The notes: generated by a model from the sequence alone, not told the origin. Positions 28,888-39,778 are shown, counted from the stretch's first letter. The stretch is DNA of 64,000 nucleotides from Conexivisphaerales archaeon (GCA_049509455.1 JBEKZX010000001.1:1-64000); one strand, 5' to 3'. A program made the numbers and translations.

Positions 28888-29535
28888 TCAAACTCTTCTT
28901 TTCCTAACCACCTTCACGTCGATCTTTCTACCCTTCTTGAGGAAATCCTTGCCAAGCCTGAGTAGGGCGGTCTCCAGCTTCACGGCGTCCACGCCATTTC
29001 GCTTTGCCGTTTCAGCCAAATTGTCGATGCATAGCTCCCCCATCGCCAGTCTCACCAGCGGAGACGGGTTGGGGTGTGCCTTCGGCCAGATGTGTCTCAT
29101 GTCCCTTAAGAAGATCGACACCGTGGTGTCGCCGATGCCCTTACCGAGTCCTTTCAGCCTCTTCTCGAGTTCCAATCCACCGGATGATCTGTCGTACAAA
29201 TTCCAAAGGTCCGAGGCGTATTGACTCTTTAGATGTCCGAAGGCTTCGAGCAGCTTGGTGGCCGTGCTGAAGTCATATCTTGTGTAGCCTCCCTCGTCCA
29301 GGATTCGCACCAGACCGTCCCAGCCCGTGGACAGGATCCCCTCGACGTCTACAGCTTCATATGCCTCGAAAGTCTTGTACGTCGAAGTGGCTGTGCTTTC
29401 GCGTATGGGCTTGCTGTAGAGGATGGAGGCGAGGAACCATTTGACTATCTCCTCCTTTCTCCTTGACTGGAGGTCGATGCCCAACAACTTCGAGAAGGGC
29501 TCCCCGTACTTCTCCACGAAATCTTCTATCTCCAA
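28888..29535 (-). CDS. HhH-GPD superfamily (DNA glycosylase/endonuclease III-related) protein
   Basis: LKGLGKGIGDTTVSIFLRDM HhH motif; LDEGGYTRYD segment. Confidence 0.8.
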   Translation of the reverse strand: MEIEDFVEKYGEPFSKLLGIDLQSRRKEEIVKWFLASILYSKPIRESTATSTYKTFEAYEAVDVEGILSTGWDGLVRILDEGGYTRYDFSTATKLLEAFGHLKSQYASDLWNLYDRSSGGLELEKRLKGLGKGIGDTTVSIFLRDMRHIWPKAHPNPSPLVRLAMGELCIDNLAETAKRNGVDAVKLETALLRLGKDFLKKGRKIDVKVVRKRRV

Positions 29536-29650
29536 TTCCTGCCACCGTGTCAGTGCGCGAGCATCGCGCTTATGGCCTGCTCCTGCAACGTTCCAGGCCT
29601 CATCTTACACCCAGCAGAAGCCGGTGTCGGGGCTCAGGCAAAAAGACGCT

Positions 29651-29857
29651 TCATTTCACCCCAAGTGACCGAAGGAGAACCTTAGCTCTTTCCCTACCTA
29701 CAAGATTCGCGAGTCTTGCCTCCGATGGGTCCCCCTCCCAAGTGTTCAAGACCTGCATCACGTCACCCTTCAAGCCCGGGCTCAGGTCCCTTAGCGCCAC
29801 TTCGATGAACTTCGTCCTCCCCTTACCGAGTTCCTTAGGTCCGCCGACTACACCCAT
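29651..29857 (-). CDS. Small hypothetical protein, 68 aa
   Basis: Protein-like frame, same strand as and upstream of the HhH gene. Confidence 0.6.
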   Translation of the reverse strand: MGVVGGPKELGKGRTKFIEVALRDLSPGLKGDVMQVLNTWEGDPSEARLANLVGRERAKVLLRSLGVK

Positions 29858-30229
29858 TTAGGTCATCTTCAATCCTACCTTACTTTGCGCTTCGTAAAAT
29901 ACGTTGTTCCGCCTGCTATCAGGCTTGCCTGAGCCCGGGAAGCCGCAGCGGTGACCCTTCCTTGGTGCGCGAGCTCGGCACATAAAACGGGTACTAGAAT
30001 AACCCCGGCTTCATAAATATGTTCAGTGTTTCAATGACAGATATCTGCGCTATTCTTCCAAATCTCACAATAGATTTCTGAAGGCTTTGACCCATAACAG
30101 ATACGCATTCCGCCCGGCTGAGGGCGAACCGAATGTACGGCGTCGGCGGGTCCTGATTCCGAACAGCCTTCATTATGGGGAGAGGTCCGATTCTACCCGA
30201 ATGTCAGACAGGGGCAAGGGGGTTCCCGT

Positions 30230-33142
30230 TCAGGCCTTCTTTTCAGAGCTTCTCCCGGCCTTGGATGGCCACCAGTTGAACCTCTCGGCCAGGGCCATCA
30301 GGGAAGGCACGAAGAGGAGGATGACCACCGACACGTCGATCAGCACGGCCGCCGAGACCGCCAAGCCAATCTCTTGGAGCACGGCGATTCCGGTCACCAG
30401 GAGGGAGGCGAAGACGCTCGAAAGTATAAGCCCTAGGCCGAAGATGGTCACCCAGACCTTGGTCGTGGCGGTCTTGATCGCTTCGTCGTCGGTCTTCCCG
30501 TTCAGGATCTCTTCCCGTATCCTCGTCACGTAGAAGATGTCGTAGTCTATGCCTACACCAAGCATGGTCACTATCACGAAGAGGTCCACGAAGTTGAGGA
30601 TAGGAAGCTTCAGCAGGTAGTCAAAGGTGATGGCGAGCAGGGCCAGGGAGAAGGCCACGCTGCAGAGGATGGTGAAGACCAGCCTGAACGGCGTGAAGGC
30701 GGACCTGAGCTGGAAGAACAGGATTAAGTAGACCACGATGACGAGGATGATCGTGACCTCCGGTATCAGCCCGCCGATGAACTGCTCGTTGTCGTTCGTC
30801 TGCGAAGCCGTTCCGCCGTAATGCACGACGACCCCCTGCATGAGAGGAGTGGACTTGACCTCGGACTCCAGCTTCTCTAGAGAGGCGACGGACTGCGCGC
30901 TCATCGATTCGGAAGTGAAACCGATGGAGATCAGCGCGGTCGTGTTGTCCCTTCCGATATAGGACAGCATCCCCTCGAGGTACTGCGAACTGAGGGGCTC
31001 GGACATGTCCCCGATAGAAGAGAAGTTGAACGGAGACCCGTAGGGCCTGGTCGGGCCGGCCAGGCTGGCCACGTCTGAGGAGGCAGCCACCTTGGACGAT
31101 ATCAACTCAATCTGGTCAAGCAGCGTCATGTTGAACTGGTTGTTTCCGTAGACTATGGGGGAAGGCATCGTCACCAAGACTTGGGTGGGGGAGACGGTCC
31201 CGCTGCCCAGGCTCTCCGTGATGACCGTCAGGCCCTGATTGCTCTGGAAGTTCGGGAGGAGCTTCAATATGTCGATTCCAGTGGGGGTGCTGGCCGTCAC
31301 GGCGACCGCGCCGGCGGCGAAAAGCGATATCACCAAGGCGATAGCCAGCTTCCTTTTGAGGGTTACATCGGATACCTTCGCCAGGAGGCCAGGCTTGGAT
31401 TCTCGGCTGTTGACCTTCAAGCGTGGCCAGAACAAGGTGTCGCCGAGGAGCAGCTCAAGGGAAGGAAGCAGCGTCATCGACGCAAGAAGAAGGATTGAGA
31501 CCCCCAGGGCGATGGCGATCCCGACGTCATTGAATATCGGCACGTTCACCACCGCCAGGATGACGTACGCGACGACAACGGTGATTCCTGCGGTAAGCAC
31601 GGCCTGGCCGGCCCATCTTACCGAAGTCGCCACGCTTTCCTCCTTCGACCTTCCCTTCGTCCTCTCCTCCTTCGTCCTCCGCAGCTGAAGGACGGAGTAG
31701 TCCACGGCGAGCCCTAGCATGAGGAGCGTCACCAGGGTAGGGGTCATGAAGGTTATCTGGCCGCCGCCAGCGACCACAACGCCGAGGTAGATAGCCGCGT
31801 ACGCGATGACGATGGAGAGGCCTCCCAGGAGCAACGGAAGGAGGGCCGCGAGCGGCGCGGCGAAGAGGATGCCGACGATGATCATCGAAACCACAATCCC
31901 AGGGACCAAGGTCACTCCGAGGACGGGGACGAAGGTATCTGCAGCATCGTGCGCGATCACAGACCCGCCGGTGACGTACGTCGTAGCCAGCGATGAGAGA
32001 TCGGAGTTCTTCACGTCCTGCTGGAGCGCCGCGAGGGCGCCGGAGCTGGAAGCAGAGGAGAGGCTGAACACGACAATCATCGTGTCATTCTTAGCCCCCA
32101 CGAAGTTCTGGGTCAGCGACTTGGACAGGACGAGGGGATAGTCGGAGAAGCTCTCCTCTGAAATCGTAGCGTTGATTGCGCTAGCTACCTGTGTGACGGA
32201 GCTGTCAGGGGTGAGGCCCGAAAGCAGACCGCCGAGGGAGGTTGCGTTGACCGTAAAGACGGGCGACGCCGCAAAGGCGCTCGCCGTCGTGTTCGAAAAG
32301 AAATCTGCCGCGAGGTTCCAGATAGCGCTTCCCTGGTTCCAGTTGGTCACATTGAGCCCGTTCGCCACACTCAGGATTAGCCCCTCTGTTACGTTGCTCA
32401 GCGAAGGGCTGGAGGTGATTTGGCTCACCGCTCCGCTGACGGCGGCTGCCTCCCACTGCGTCAACTGCGTCGCGTTGGTGGGGGCAGTCTGGACGCTCGC
32501 GTTCCAATAGTCGAAGAACGCGGTGTAGTAACCGATTGACTGCTGGTCGCCTCCGAAGCTGCCCGTCTGTGCGAAGATGGTCGCGTTGGCCTGCTGGTTG
32601 GCGATTGCTATATTCGTCTGGTTGGCAACTATTCCCAACCAGATCCCTACGAAGGCGGCGGGTATGCCGTACACCAGCTGGGATGTCTGGTTGATCCCCT
32701 GCTGCATCTGGAAGAGGCCCGAGATGAAACTGGGCAACGTGGAGTTCAGGACGTCGCCCTCGGCCGAATAGATGTTCGACGCCCCCGTGTAGTTGGATAG
32801 ACTGGGATCGGAGCCTATCTTGCTGTCGAGCTGGAGGACGGCGTTCTTCACGGCGTCCGAGTATACCCCGGAGGTCGGGTTCTGGATCACCAGTATGATG
32901 CTATCTTTTCCGGCGCCGCTCAAGGAGGGAAACTGCGCGTTTATTATACCCTGAGCGACCTGAGACTCCGTGTTCTTCGGCCCTCCGAGGCTGGCCATGG
33001 CAGTGATGTCGTACGACACGCCGGCGAAAAAGCTGGGTATCAACGTGGCCGAAAGCACCAGCACCACGATCCATGCGACTATTATCAGCCGATGGAAGCG
33101 CCTGATGAAAGAGTTGAACGGGTCAAATTTAGAACTAGACAC
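30230..33142 (-). CDS. MMPL/RND family membrane transporter
   Basis: Two large extracytoplasmic domains and two TM bundles; GLAVDYS and GVGIDYDIF motifs. Confidence 0.93.
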   Translation of the reverse strand: MSSSKFDPFNSFIRRFHRLIIVAWIVVLVLSATLIPSFFAGVSYDITAMASLGGPKNTESQVAQGIINAQFPSLSGAGKDSIILVIQNPTSGVYSDAVKNAVLQLDSKIGSDPSLSNYTGASNIYSAEGDVLNSTLPSFISGLFQMQQGINQTSQLVYGIPAAFVGIWLGIVANQTNIAIANQQANATIFAQTGSFGGDQQSIGYYTAFFDYWNASVQTAPTNATQLTQWEAAAVSGAVSQITSSPSLSNVTEGLILSVANGLNVTNWNQGSAIWNLAADFFSNTTASAFAASPVFTVNATSLGGLLSGLTPDSSVTQVASAINATISEESFSDYPLVLSKSLTQNFVGAKNDTMIVVFSLSSASSSGALAALQQDVKNSDLSSLATTYVTGGSVIAHDAADTFVPVLGVTLVPGIVVSMIIVGILFAAPLAALLPLLLGGLSIVIAYAAIYLGVVVAGGGQITFMTPTLVTLLMLGLAVDYSVLQLRRTKEERTKGRSKEESVATSVRWAGQAVLTAGITVVVAYVILAVVNVPIFNDVGIAIALGVSILLLASMTLLPSLELLLGDTLFWPRLKVNSRESKPGLLAKVSDVTLKRKLAIALVISLFAAGAVAVTASTPTGIDILKLLPNFQSNQGLTVITESLGSGTVSPTQVLVTMPSPIVYGNNQFNMTLLDQIELISSKVAASSDVASLAGPTRPYGSPFNFSSIGDMSEPLSSQYLEGMLSYIGRDNTTALISIGFTSESMSAQSVASLEKLESEVKSTPLMQGVVVHYGGTASQTNDNEQFIGGLIPEVTIILVIVVYLILFFQLRSAFTPFRLVFTILCSVAFSLALLAITFDYLLKLPILNFVDLFVIVTMLGVGIDYDIFYVTRIREEILNGKTDDEAIKTATTKVWVTIFGLGLILSSVFASLLVTGIAVLQEIGLAVSAAVLIDVSVVILLFVPSLMALAERFNWWPSKAGRSSEKKA

Positions 33143-33353
33143 CGTCTGCCATCCTCCAGCCGCATAAAGGAACAGCCATTCTTGTCATGGCGCACGTTGA
33201 ACTGTCGCCTAAGAATGCTCTCAATTTCCCCTTGAAGCCGTCTTGCTGCTGTTCATTTAAGGTTTGCCTCGTTCAAGCACGTCTCACGATGGCTGAAGAG
33301 CTTGCTTCACGCAGTCCGTGACATACCGCGGGCTGGGCTGACGTGGAGGACGG

Positions 33354-33761
33354 TCAAAGCTGGCCTAGCGTCGTGAAGAGCTCGAAGACCTGAAGCAGGA
33401 GGTCCCTGTCGGTGAATATGCCCACCACCTTCCCACCGTCAACAACGAAGAGATGGCGAACCTTCTTGAGGTGCATGAGAATGGTGGCGTCGGCGAGGCT
33501 CGCGTCCGACTTAATCGTTATCAGGGGGCCGCTCATTATCGCCTTGACGGGGGTCTTGGCTGGATTGATCCCCTTAACAGTCACCCTCCTCAGGATGTCC
33601 CTCTCGGTCACTATCCCCACGGGTTTCCCGTTCGACGTGACCATCAACGAGCTGGCGTCATGCTCGAACATCGACCGGGCTGCGCTTTTCACGGACTCGC
33701 CCTCTTCGATCGAGAATATCTTCGCGTTAGCTATCTCCTTCACGGAGGTCACTAGGGGCAA
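33354..33761 (-). CDS. Tandem CBS-domain protein
   Basis: VGIVTERDI and VVGIFTDRDL CBS motifs. Confidence 0.93.
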   Translation of the reverse strand: MPLVTSVKEIANAKIFSIEEGESVKSAARSMFEHDASSLMVTSNGKPVGIVTERDILRRVTVKGINPAKTPVKAIMSGPLITIKSDASLADATILMHLKKVRHLFVVDGGKVVGIFTDRDLLLQVFELFTTLGQL

Positions 33762-34113
33762 CTAGCATCTCCCATCCACTTCGACACTCCGCGGTAGTTA
33801 AAGTGATTGCGAACAGTCGGACGCCCAATTCCATCGGTGGATAGGTGTGCTGTTTCCCCTTCCTCCGTTCGGCTTCGTCCCCGTCAAGCATCCACCAGTG
33901 CCTTCGGCTGTGCCGGCGTTACAGGGGCCGCGGATGGCTCGACGAAGGTGTAGGCGCCCTCGGCGCCGTTAGGATCATCCTTGACGGCCTGGGCCTGCAC
34001 CTTGACATTGTTGTTATCTGGATGGAGCCCTTAACGACGCCTCGAAATGGTACGTCCGGTCAGAGCTGAAGGGGCGAACGGCTTGTCCTCGCGTCCATAG
34101 ACGTCGTTCGGCC

Positions 34114-34698
34114 TCAGCCACCGCTCTGCGTCTTCCTGGACTTCAACCTAGCCTTCACTATTTCTACGTCCAAGTAATCCGCCGGGTCGAAGGGGAGGAC
34201 CCTGATGATGCGAATATCCTTGGGAAGCTCCAGTTTACGCTTTGAATCGATGAGCAGCAGGCCCACATCGCCCTCAACAAGGGACTGGTCTACGAGGTTT
34301 GAGATATGGCGATTGCGTTCGGCAAGGCTCTGCTCATAGAGCTCTAACAGCGCATTGTTTGACGAGCCTCTGATCATCTGTCGCCAGGACTCAGTTTCAG
34401 CCACTAAGATGCGGTCCTCGGTTTTCTTCAGCTTCGCTCCCTCTTCGAGAAGCCCCACTATCAGAGAGAGACCCCGCTCTTCATCCCCGCTGACTTCCTT
34501 TAGGGCCTTCTCGGTGTCCTCCGACAGAGACTCCCGAAAGACCCATTTGACGCGACCTCTGAAGACTGTCAATTTGTCGGTCACATAGGTCCAGAACTCT
34601 TCAGATTTGGCGCCGTAGTCATCAGGAACGTACGATGTGGATTCCCTGAACTCGCTCTTCGCGTACATCCTGGGCACGATGAGAAGCGTTCGAGGCAT
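34114..34698 (-). CDS. Hypothetical protein, 194 aa
   Basis: Globular alpha/beta-like sequence with typical codon usage; function not recognised. Confidence 0.8.
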   Translation of the reverse strand: MPRTLLIVPRMYAKSEFRESTSYVPDDYGAKSEEFWTYVTDKLTVFRGRVKWVFRESLSEDTEKALKEVSGDEERGLSLIVGLLEEGAKLKKTEDRILVAETESWRQMIRGSSNNALLELYEQSLAERNRHISNLVDQSLVEGDVGLLLIDSKRKLELPKDIRIIRVLPFDPADYLDVEIVKARLKSRKTQSGG

Positions 34699-34936
34699 CC
34701 CGATTCAAAGTCATCATCCGAACAGCCGTAATTAAACCTAAAGGATTTGGAACCAACAACTTACACTAGAGCATGGAACGAGTACGTTCACGAGCGAAGT
34801 TGCCTACAGCATTCTATCGTTTCTCTGATGTTCCGCGCCAGCGTTGCGACTATCTTATATCACCTCTGTTCAGACTTGCACTCTAGCTTCTGCCCGCTGC
34901 GGCCCAGCGGTCGGGCTGAACCATCGAGCTTTGGCG

Positions 34937-35431
34937 CTAGGGGCTTCCTTTCAGCTGCAGCAAGATGGCTTCGGCGGCAAGCTCAGCCGAAGTATGCTTG
35001 GAGTCGATCTTCAACGCGTTCACCGGCTCCTGGAACCTGACGAGCATCTCGTTGAACCTCAACTGGGGGACGCTGGCCTTGCGCGACGTGTTTCGCATAT
35101 ATGCCGTCCTGGCGTCGCAGTGGACGTGCACTAATAGGTGCGAGTCATAGGAGCCGCGCAACCTCTGCAACGCCTCCTCCCTGAACTCCTCCCTTAGGAA
35201 AGTGCCGTCCAGTATCGCGTTGTACCCGCGCTCGAGGGCCTCCCTAGCCAGTGTGAAGCAGACCGAATAGACGAAATCTGACTCTTGGCCGTCATATCGA
35301 GGCTGTGAAATCATCGATCTGACTTCATCGGTCTGGACATGCACCGTACCTTCGAGCTTCGTCGCCACAAGCCTAGCGATGGTCGACTTCCCGGATCCCG
35401 GGATGCCACAGAATATCAGCAGCTTTGGCAA
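34937..35431 (-). CDS. P-loop nucleotide kinase (AAA_33-like)
   Basis: CGIPGSGKST, ILDGT; TTG start at 35431 lies about 27 nt downstream of a TTTATAA box (35458-35464). Confidence 0.88.
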   Translation of the reverse strand: MPKLLIFCGIPGSGKSTIARLVATKLEGTVHVQTDEVRSMISQPRYDGQESDFVYSVCFTLAREALERGYNAILDGTFLREEFREEALQRLRGSYDSHLLVHVHCDARTAYMRNTSRKASVPQLRFNEMLVRFQEPVNALKIDSKHTSAELAAEAILLQLKGSP

Positions 35432-35615
35432 AAGCAACTCTGTTGCGCCAAGGGAGGTTATAAAGTTGGAGACCCGGAAGGCTTCCTTCGCAAGGCGGTC
35501 AGCTTCAAGCTCCGCATGCCACAGCATGAATCCTCTTCTGAAACAACTTCAGCCAATCTCTGGGTGGCGACCCCTAAAGGTGGTCATGATGGCGGGCTAC
35601 TTCGCGCCGTTCCCC

Positions 35616-36293
35616 TCAGCTGGATGGCGCTTTCTTCCAATTTATTCCGCGGCCCAAGGGCACCGTTCCCGGACCGACGACAGAATTGGTGACTGTGGCG
35701 AAGCTCGTGTAAGCCGCGACGGTGGCCGTTAAGATGCCCAGATATCCGCCCAAGTTCGTCATCAATGGCACGCCCAGGAGCGCACCTGCCCCGAGGGCGA
35801 AGAACGTCACCCAGAGGAAGAGGAACGTGAGGTTAAGGGCCAACGTGGTCGTCATCGCCGGTATCCACAAATAAAGCGTGAATATCCCCCACAGGATGAG
35901 GGTCGCACCCACTGCGCTTGGGATGGGCGTTATAATCTTCATGCTGGCGAGGAGACCCAGCAGAGCGTAGAAGAGCCAGAAGGCGCCGTAGCTGCAAAAC
36001 GCCGTGAACCCGAAGGTGTTCCCCTTCCTCATCTCGAAGACGCCTGTAAGGAGCTGGCAGGATCCGCCGTAGGCGAACGCAAGAGGGAGGACCACCGAAG
36101 CTGTCTCGGCAGGGAGCCATCCCGCGTTGGCGAAGCTGAGAAGGAAGGTGGTCAAGGCGAACGCGGCCAAACCTAATGGGGCAGGGTCAGCCGCCAATGT
36201 CTTATCCATGAGGGCATTCGACCTGTCCGCCCTCGCCAACGCCGCCGCCATCTCGGCTCTCAGCCGATTATAATCCTCTGTGACTTCCGTCAA
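35616..36293 (-). CDS. satP: Acetate uptake transporter, SatP/GPR1/FUN34/YaaH family
   Basis: ADPAPLGLAAFALTTFLLS, GNTFG.TAFCSYG.FW; true start may be a downstream Met (for example 36209). Confidence 0.9.
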   Translation of the reverse strand: MTEVTEDYNRLRAEMAAALARADRSNALMDKTLAADPAPLGLAAFALTTFLLSFANAGWLPAETASVVLPLAFAYGGSCQLLTGVFEMRKGNTFGFTAFCSYGAFWLFYALLGLLASMKIITPIPSAVGATLILWGIFTLYLWIPAMTTTLALNLTFLFLWVTFFALGAGALLGVPLMTNLGGYLGILTATVAAYTSFATVTNSVVGPGTVPLGRGINWKKAPSS

Positions 36294-36427
36294 CGGATTT
36301 TATATTCCAAATGTAGTCTATATATGCATTCTTATCAGGAGTGACGTCAACGTTGGTATGTGTACAATATGAATAGAGATAACGATTTTAGCGCGCAACT
36401 GACCGTTGCGGCGAACGAATCATGCGC

Positions 36428-37333
36428 CTAAATCAGCCGGCTTGCCACAAAAGCCACGACCGTCGAAGACGCAAGAAGAAGGGGCCACGACCCCAACACT
36501 TCGAAGACAACCCTGGAGTCAACTATAGAGGGCTTCCTCGAGATGGAAAGGACCACCATGGCGCCTACGATGGCCTGAGTGACGCTGGTGGGTATGCCCA
36601 GCTGAGTATACACCCACAGCGTGGCGCTGGCCCCCAGCAGGGCGGACAGGTAGCCCGACGGGCTCAGGACGGCCATCCTCCAGCCCACCATCCAAGCCAC
36701 CGAGCCGCTGAAAAGGAGCCCTCCGGCCACCGCGGCGAGGAGCACCAGTCCCGACATGAGCGGCCCTGATGTGAAGCCCAGCAGGGCGCCCAGGTTGTTG
36801 GCGCCCAGCGTGTATCCGGAGACGACCACAGCGACGACGCCGAGGACCCTAGACCACGATTCCACAGCCATAAGCGAGGTCCTGGCTTCGAAGGAGAGGA
36901 TGACGCGGCGTATGAGCACCGCCAGGATCGCAGCAGAGAGTGGAGAGATCAGCCAGGCGGCGATGACGTAGCTCAGGACGTTGAGTCTGATCGTGGCGTT
37001 CATAGCGAGCGATACGCCGAGCATGGAGCCTAGGAGGACGTTGGAGACGCTGGCAGGGAACTTGAGGATTGTGAAGGCCGCCATCAGGGTCAGGACGGCC
37101 ACCAGGGCAGCCTCGGACGCTTGTGTGCCTGCGTTCGTCAGGCCCGTCGTAAGGGTGGAACTGACCTTGGAGCCTTCAAGAACGTAGCCGGCTGCGAAGG
37201 CGAGCGCGGCCGCCCCCAGATACAAGGAAACGGCCCTCCCAGAGACCTGGCGAAAGGCCGACCTGATGACTCCGATGTTGTTGGCACCGAAGACGAAGGC
37301 GACCAACAGGAGGAGCACATCGGCTGAGGTCAA
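36428..37333 (-). CDS. pit: PiT family inorganic phosphate transporter
   Basis: Duplicated GANN motif and PTSVTQAIVGA. Confidence 0.85.
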   Translation of the reverse strand: MTSADVLLLLVAFVFGANNIGVIRSAFRQVSGRAVSLYLGAAALAFAAGYVLEGSKVSSTLTTGLTNAGTQASEAALVAVLTLMAAFTILKFPASVSNVLLGSMLGVSLAMNATIRLNVLSYVIAAWLISPLSAAILAVLIRRVILSFEARTSLMAVESWSRVLGVVAVVVSGYTLGANNLGALLGFTSGPLMSGLVLLAAVAGGLLFSGSVAWMVGWRMAVLSPSGYLSALLGASATLWVYTQLGIPTSVTQAIVGAMVVLSISRKPSIVDSRVVFEVLGSWPLLLASSTVVAFVASRLI

Positions 37334-37998
37334 CTGTACCCCTTCGATATCACCACGTAGAGCACGTCGGTCGCGTCCTCGGCGTAGTCGGAGATGTTGT
37401 CGACCATGCGGACGAAATCACTCAGCTGTAGCACAGAAAGCGTGGATACGTTCAACGCGTAAATCTGCTCAGTCAAGGAATCCTTGATGATGTCGGCGGC
37501 CTCCTCATATTCCTCCACCGCCCGGCAGAACATAAGGAGCTCCTCCTTCTTCCCCGCGAGGCTTCCGATGGCATCCTGCAGCGAGGTGACGGCCCTTACA
37601 GTTACGGCAAGATGTTCGCTCACCTTCTCCCTGATTGGAGCCAGCTCCGAGGGTTCAAGGCGCCGCTGCGTGATGATCTTAGCTGAGCTCTTGGCGCTGT
37701 CGGCCACGCCATCCACGTTCTCCGCAAGGCTCATCAGATCTGTGCCTAGGTTGGAGAAGAAGACCCCCGTGCTGAGCTTGTCCACCAGCTCCCTCTGTAC
37801 GTGGTCCGCGTCCGTCTCAGCCTTGTCGATTTCGAGGTAATTAACGTAGGCCGCTGCGTGATCGCCGGCCATTATGCAATCTACGACCTTCTGCACCAGA
37901 GTAGACGCCTGCAGGCTCAACTCCACGTGGCGCCTGAGGAGCTCAAGGATTTCGTTCTCTCCGGCATTGAATGCGCGGAACCATTTGCGGAAGTTCAC
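37330..37998 (-). CDS. DUF47 (PhoU-like) phosphate transport regulator
   Basis: ETDADHV and EEAADIIK repeats; overlaps the pit start. Confidence 0.9.
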   Translation of the reverse strand: MNFRKWFRAFNAGENEILELLRRHVELSLQASTLVQKVVDCIMAGDHAAAYVNYLEIDKAETDADHVQRELVDKLSTGVFFSNLGTDLMSLAENVDGVADSAKSSAKIITQRRLEPSELAPIREKVSEHLAVTVRAVTSLQDAIGSLAGKKEELLMFCRAVEEYEEAADIIKDSLTEQIYALNVSTLSVLQLSDFVRMVDNISDYAEDATDVLYVVISKGYS

Positions 37999-38144
37999 GG
38001 CAAGCTAACCATTCACCCATCCTTTCCACGGTCTATAAACGTCTTCGCCTGCGTCCCAGTGCTTCAAGGCCGAAGACGCCGCTCTTGCCACTCTTGAAGG
38101 CAATAACTGCTGCCATCGATAAATACCCCCTCGAAGCGTCACCT

Positions 38145-39149
38145 ATGCTGCCCTTGGACTTCGATCAACTCTCCCGGAGCTCGTTGGGCTTCTACAGGGT
38201 CTGGACCATCCACTTGGGTCGGAGGTACGGCATCCTCGGCGCCATAGCCAAATCGAATGGATTGACGATGGATGAACTGGCAAGAGAGACCAAGCTTTTC
38301 CCCAAGGGTTTGAAGCTCTGGTGTGATGCCGCCTGTTCTCTCGGCATCATCGCTAGACGAGATGGGGGGTATCGTCTTGCCGGCAGGATGAAGGACCTCC
38401 TCGTCAACGAAACGCACAAAGAATACCTAGGGGGGCAGCTGTCCTATCTGGCCCTAAGGAGCCTTGACTACGATGCGTTTGACGGGTTCTTCAGGGACGG
38501 CACCGTCCCCGAGAGCGCCCCTCCACATATCGTCGAGGCCTTCAAAGAGGCCACCAGATGGGACCACACAGGATTCCTTCGAATCGTCCTGCGCGAGGCC
38601 CCCCAGGTGAAGTCCATCCTCGAGGGGAGGGCCAAGGTGCTGGACGTTGGATCGGGGACGGGCGACTGGATTTCCCGCATGCGCGAGTCCTACCCTCTCC
38701 CCCTTTATGTCGGCGTGGAATCGGATTCGGTGGCCATCAAAAGGGCGATGGACAGGGCGGTGGCTGCCGGCCCTGCATCGGTTCGGTTCGAGCACGGGAC
38801 CGCTGAAAGCATGCCATACGATGATGAGTTCGACCTAGTCTACCTTGGGGAAGTGCTTTGCGTGATGCTGCAACGGAAGCAGGCCCTTGCGAAATGCTTC
38901 GAGGCCTTGAAGCCAGGAGGGATCTTGGTGGTGGCCGAGGGCCTTCTCGACGAGAAGAAGGGATGGAGGGGAGCTTCGAACGAATTGATGAGGCCGATGC
39001 AGCTAGATTTCGCGTTGCTGGGGGGAAGCTTCTTCTCTAGGGCGGAGCTCAGGCGCCTCCTGCAGGACACCGGGTTCATGGGTCTCCGGTTCCTCTCGGC
39101 TGGAGGCGGCTTCTGGTTCGCCGTCGCTCGCAAGCCTTCAACAAGATAG
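38145..39149 (+). CDS. Class I SAM-dependent methyltransferase with N-terminal winged-helix domain
   Basis: VLDVGSGTG, FDLVY, ALKPGG; start re-called to the ATG at 38145. Confidence 0.9.
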   Translation: MLPLDFDQLSRSSLGFYRVWTIHLGRRYGILGAIAKSNGLTMDELARETKLFPKGLKLWCDAACSLGIIARRDGGYRLAGRMKDLLVNETHKEYLGGQLSYLALRSLDYDAFDGFFRDGTVPESAPPHIVEAFKEATRWDHTGFLRIVLREAPQVKSILEGRAKVLDVGSGTGDWISRMRESYPLPLYVGVESDSVAIKRAMDRAVAAGPASVRFEHGTAESMPYDDEFDLVYLGEVLCVMLQRKQALAKCFEALKPGGILVVAEGLLDEKKGWRGASNELMRPMQLDFALLGGSFFSRAELRRLLQDTGFMGLRFLSAGGGFWFAVARKPSTR

Positions 39150-39244
39150 GCCTGGGCCGGTTCCTCCCTAACGTTCCAAGCCGAACCGAAACGGAAATCC
39201 TGGTCAGCTTTTATAGGCCATAGAGAGGAGCTTTATGGATCATC

Positions 39245-39778
39245 ATGACTACAATGTCCCTGACGCGAGGGAATTGGGCCGGGAGGTTCATCTGGGCCTC
39301 CATCGTACAGGGGCTCTTCGCAGTTCTATGGACGCTCTTCATAGTCGATCCCTACCTTACCTATGGTCCGTCGAAGGTCATCTCGGGCGGTGGGGCCGGA
39401 ACTTGGTTCTTCGTAGGCTATATCACATACGTCCTTGTGGGAGTGGTGGCCGTCGCCGTCACGGCGATTTTCTACTTCTACATCGAGTCGGTCTTGGACA
39501 AGGTCTACAGAGGACTTACTTCCTATCTGGCTTGGGCGCACCTCATATTGATGAACGTGGGCGTAGCCGGAGCCTGCTTCCTGCTGATGTAGGGAGGCTA
39601 CAGGGCGGGCGTAGCTTCGGCACCGGTCTCGAGTGGAGGCGGAGGCCTTACCAGCGGGTAGATACACGTCCAGATCCTAAGCCAGCTAATCAACCCGGTA
39701 GGCTTACTCATCATAGCGGCCGCCCTCGGGGCAATCTTGGGCGGCATCGGCTACCTGATGGCTCAGAGGTTGAAGTAA
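39245..39778 (+). pseudogene. Four-helix membrane protein interrupted by two in-frame TAG codons
   Basis: The frame continues past TAG 39590-39592 and TAG 39659-39661 as GGYRAG...LTSG*IHVQIL...GGIGYLMAQRLK to TAA 39776-39778. A TATA-like CTTTATA lies about 30 nt upstream of the ATG. Confidence 0.8.

Noticed and set aside
33884-34030. Minus-strand fragment HPDNNNVKVQAQAVKDDPNGAEGAYTFVEP
   Set aside because: No start codon and no family recognised; treated as an unassigned relic.
35477-35527. EADRLAKEA, similar to the RNase HI C-terminal motif, in the 5' extension of the kinase ORF
   Set aside because: Nine residues only; other catalytic motifs are absent.
39590-39661. Genome-wide TAG recoding (pyrrolysine or Gln)
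   Set aside because: rpoB, rps12, rps7, tuf and many other genes end at TAG exactly at their expected C-termini.
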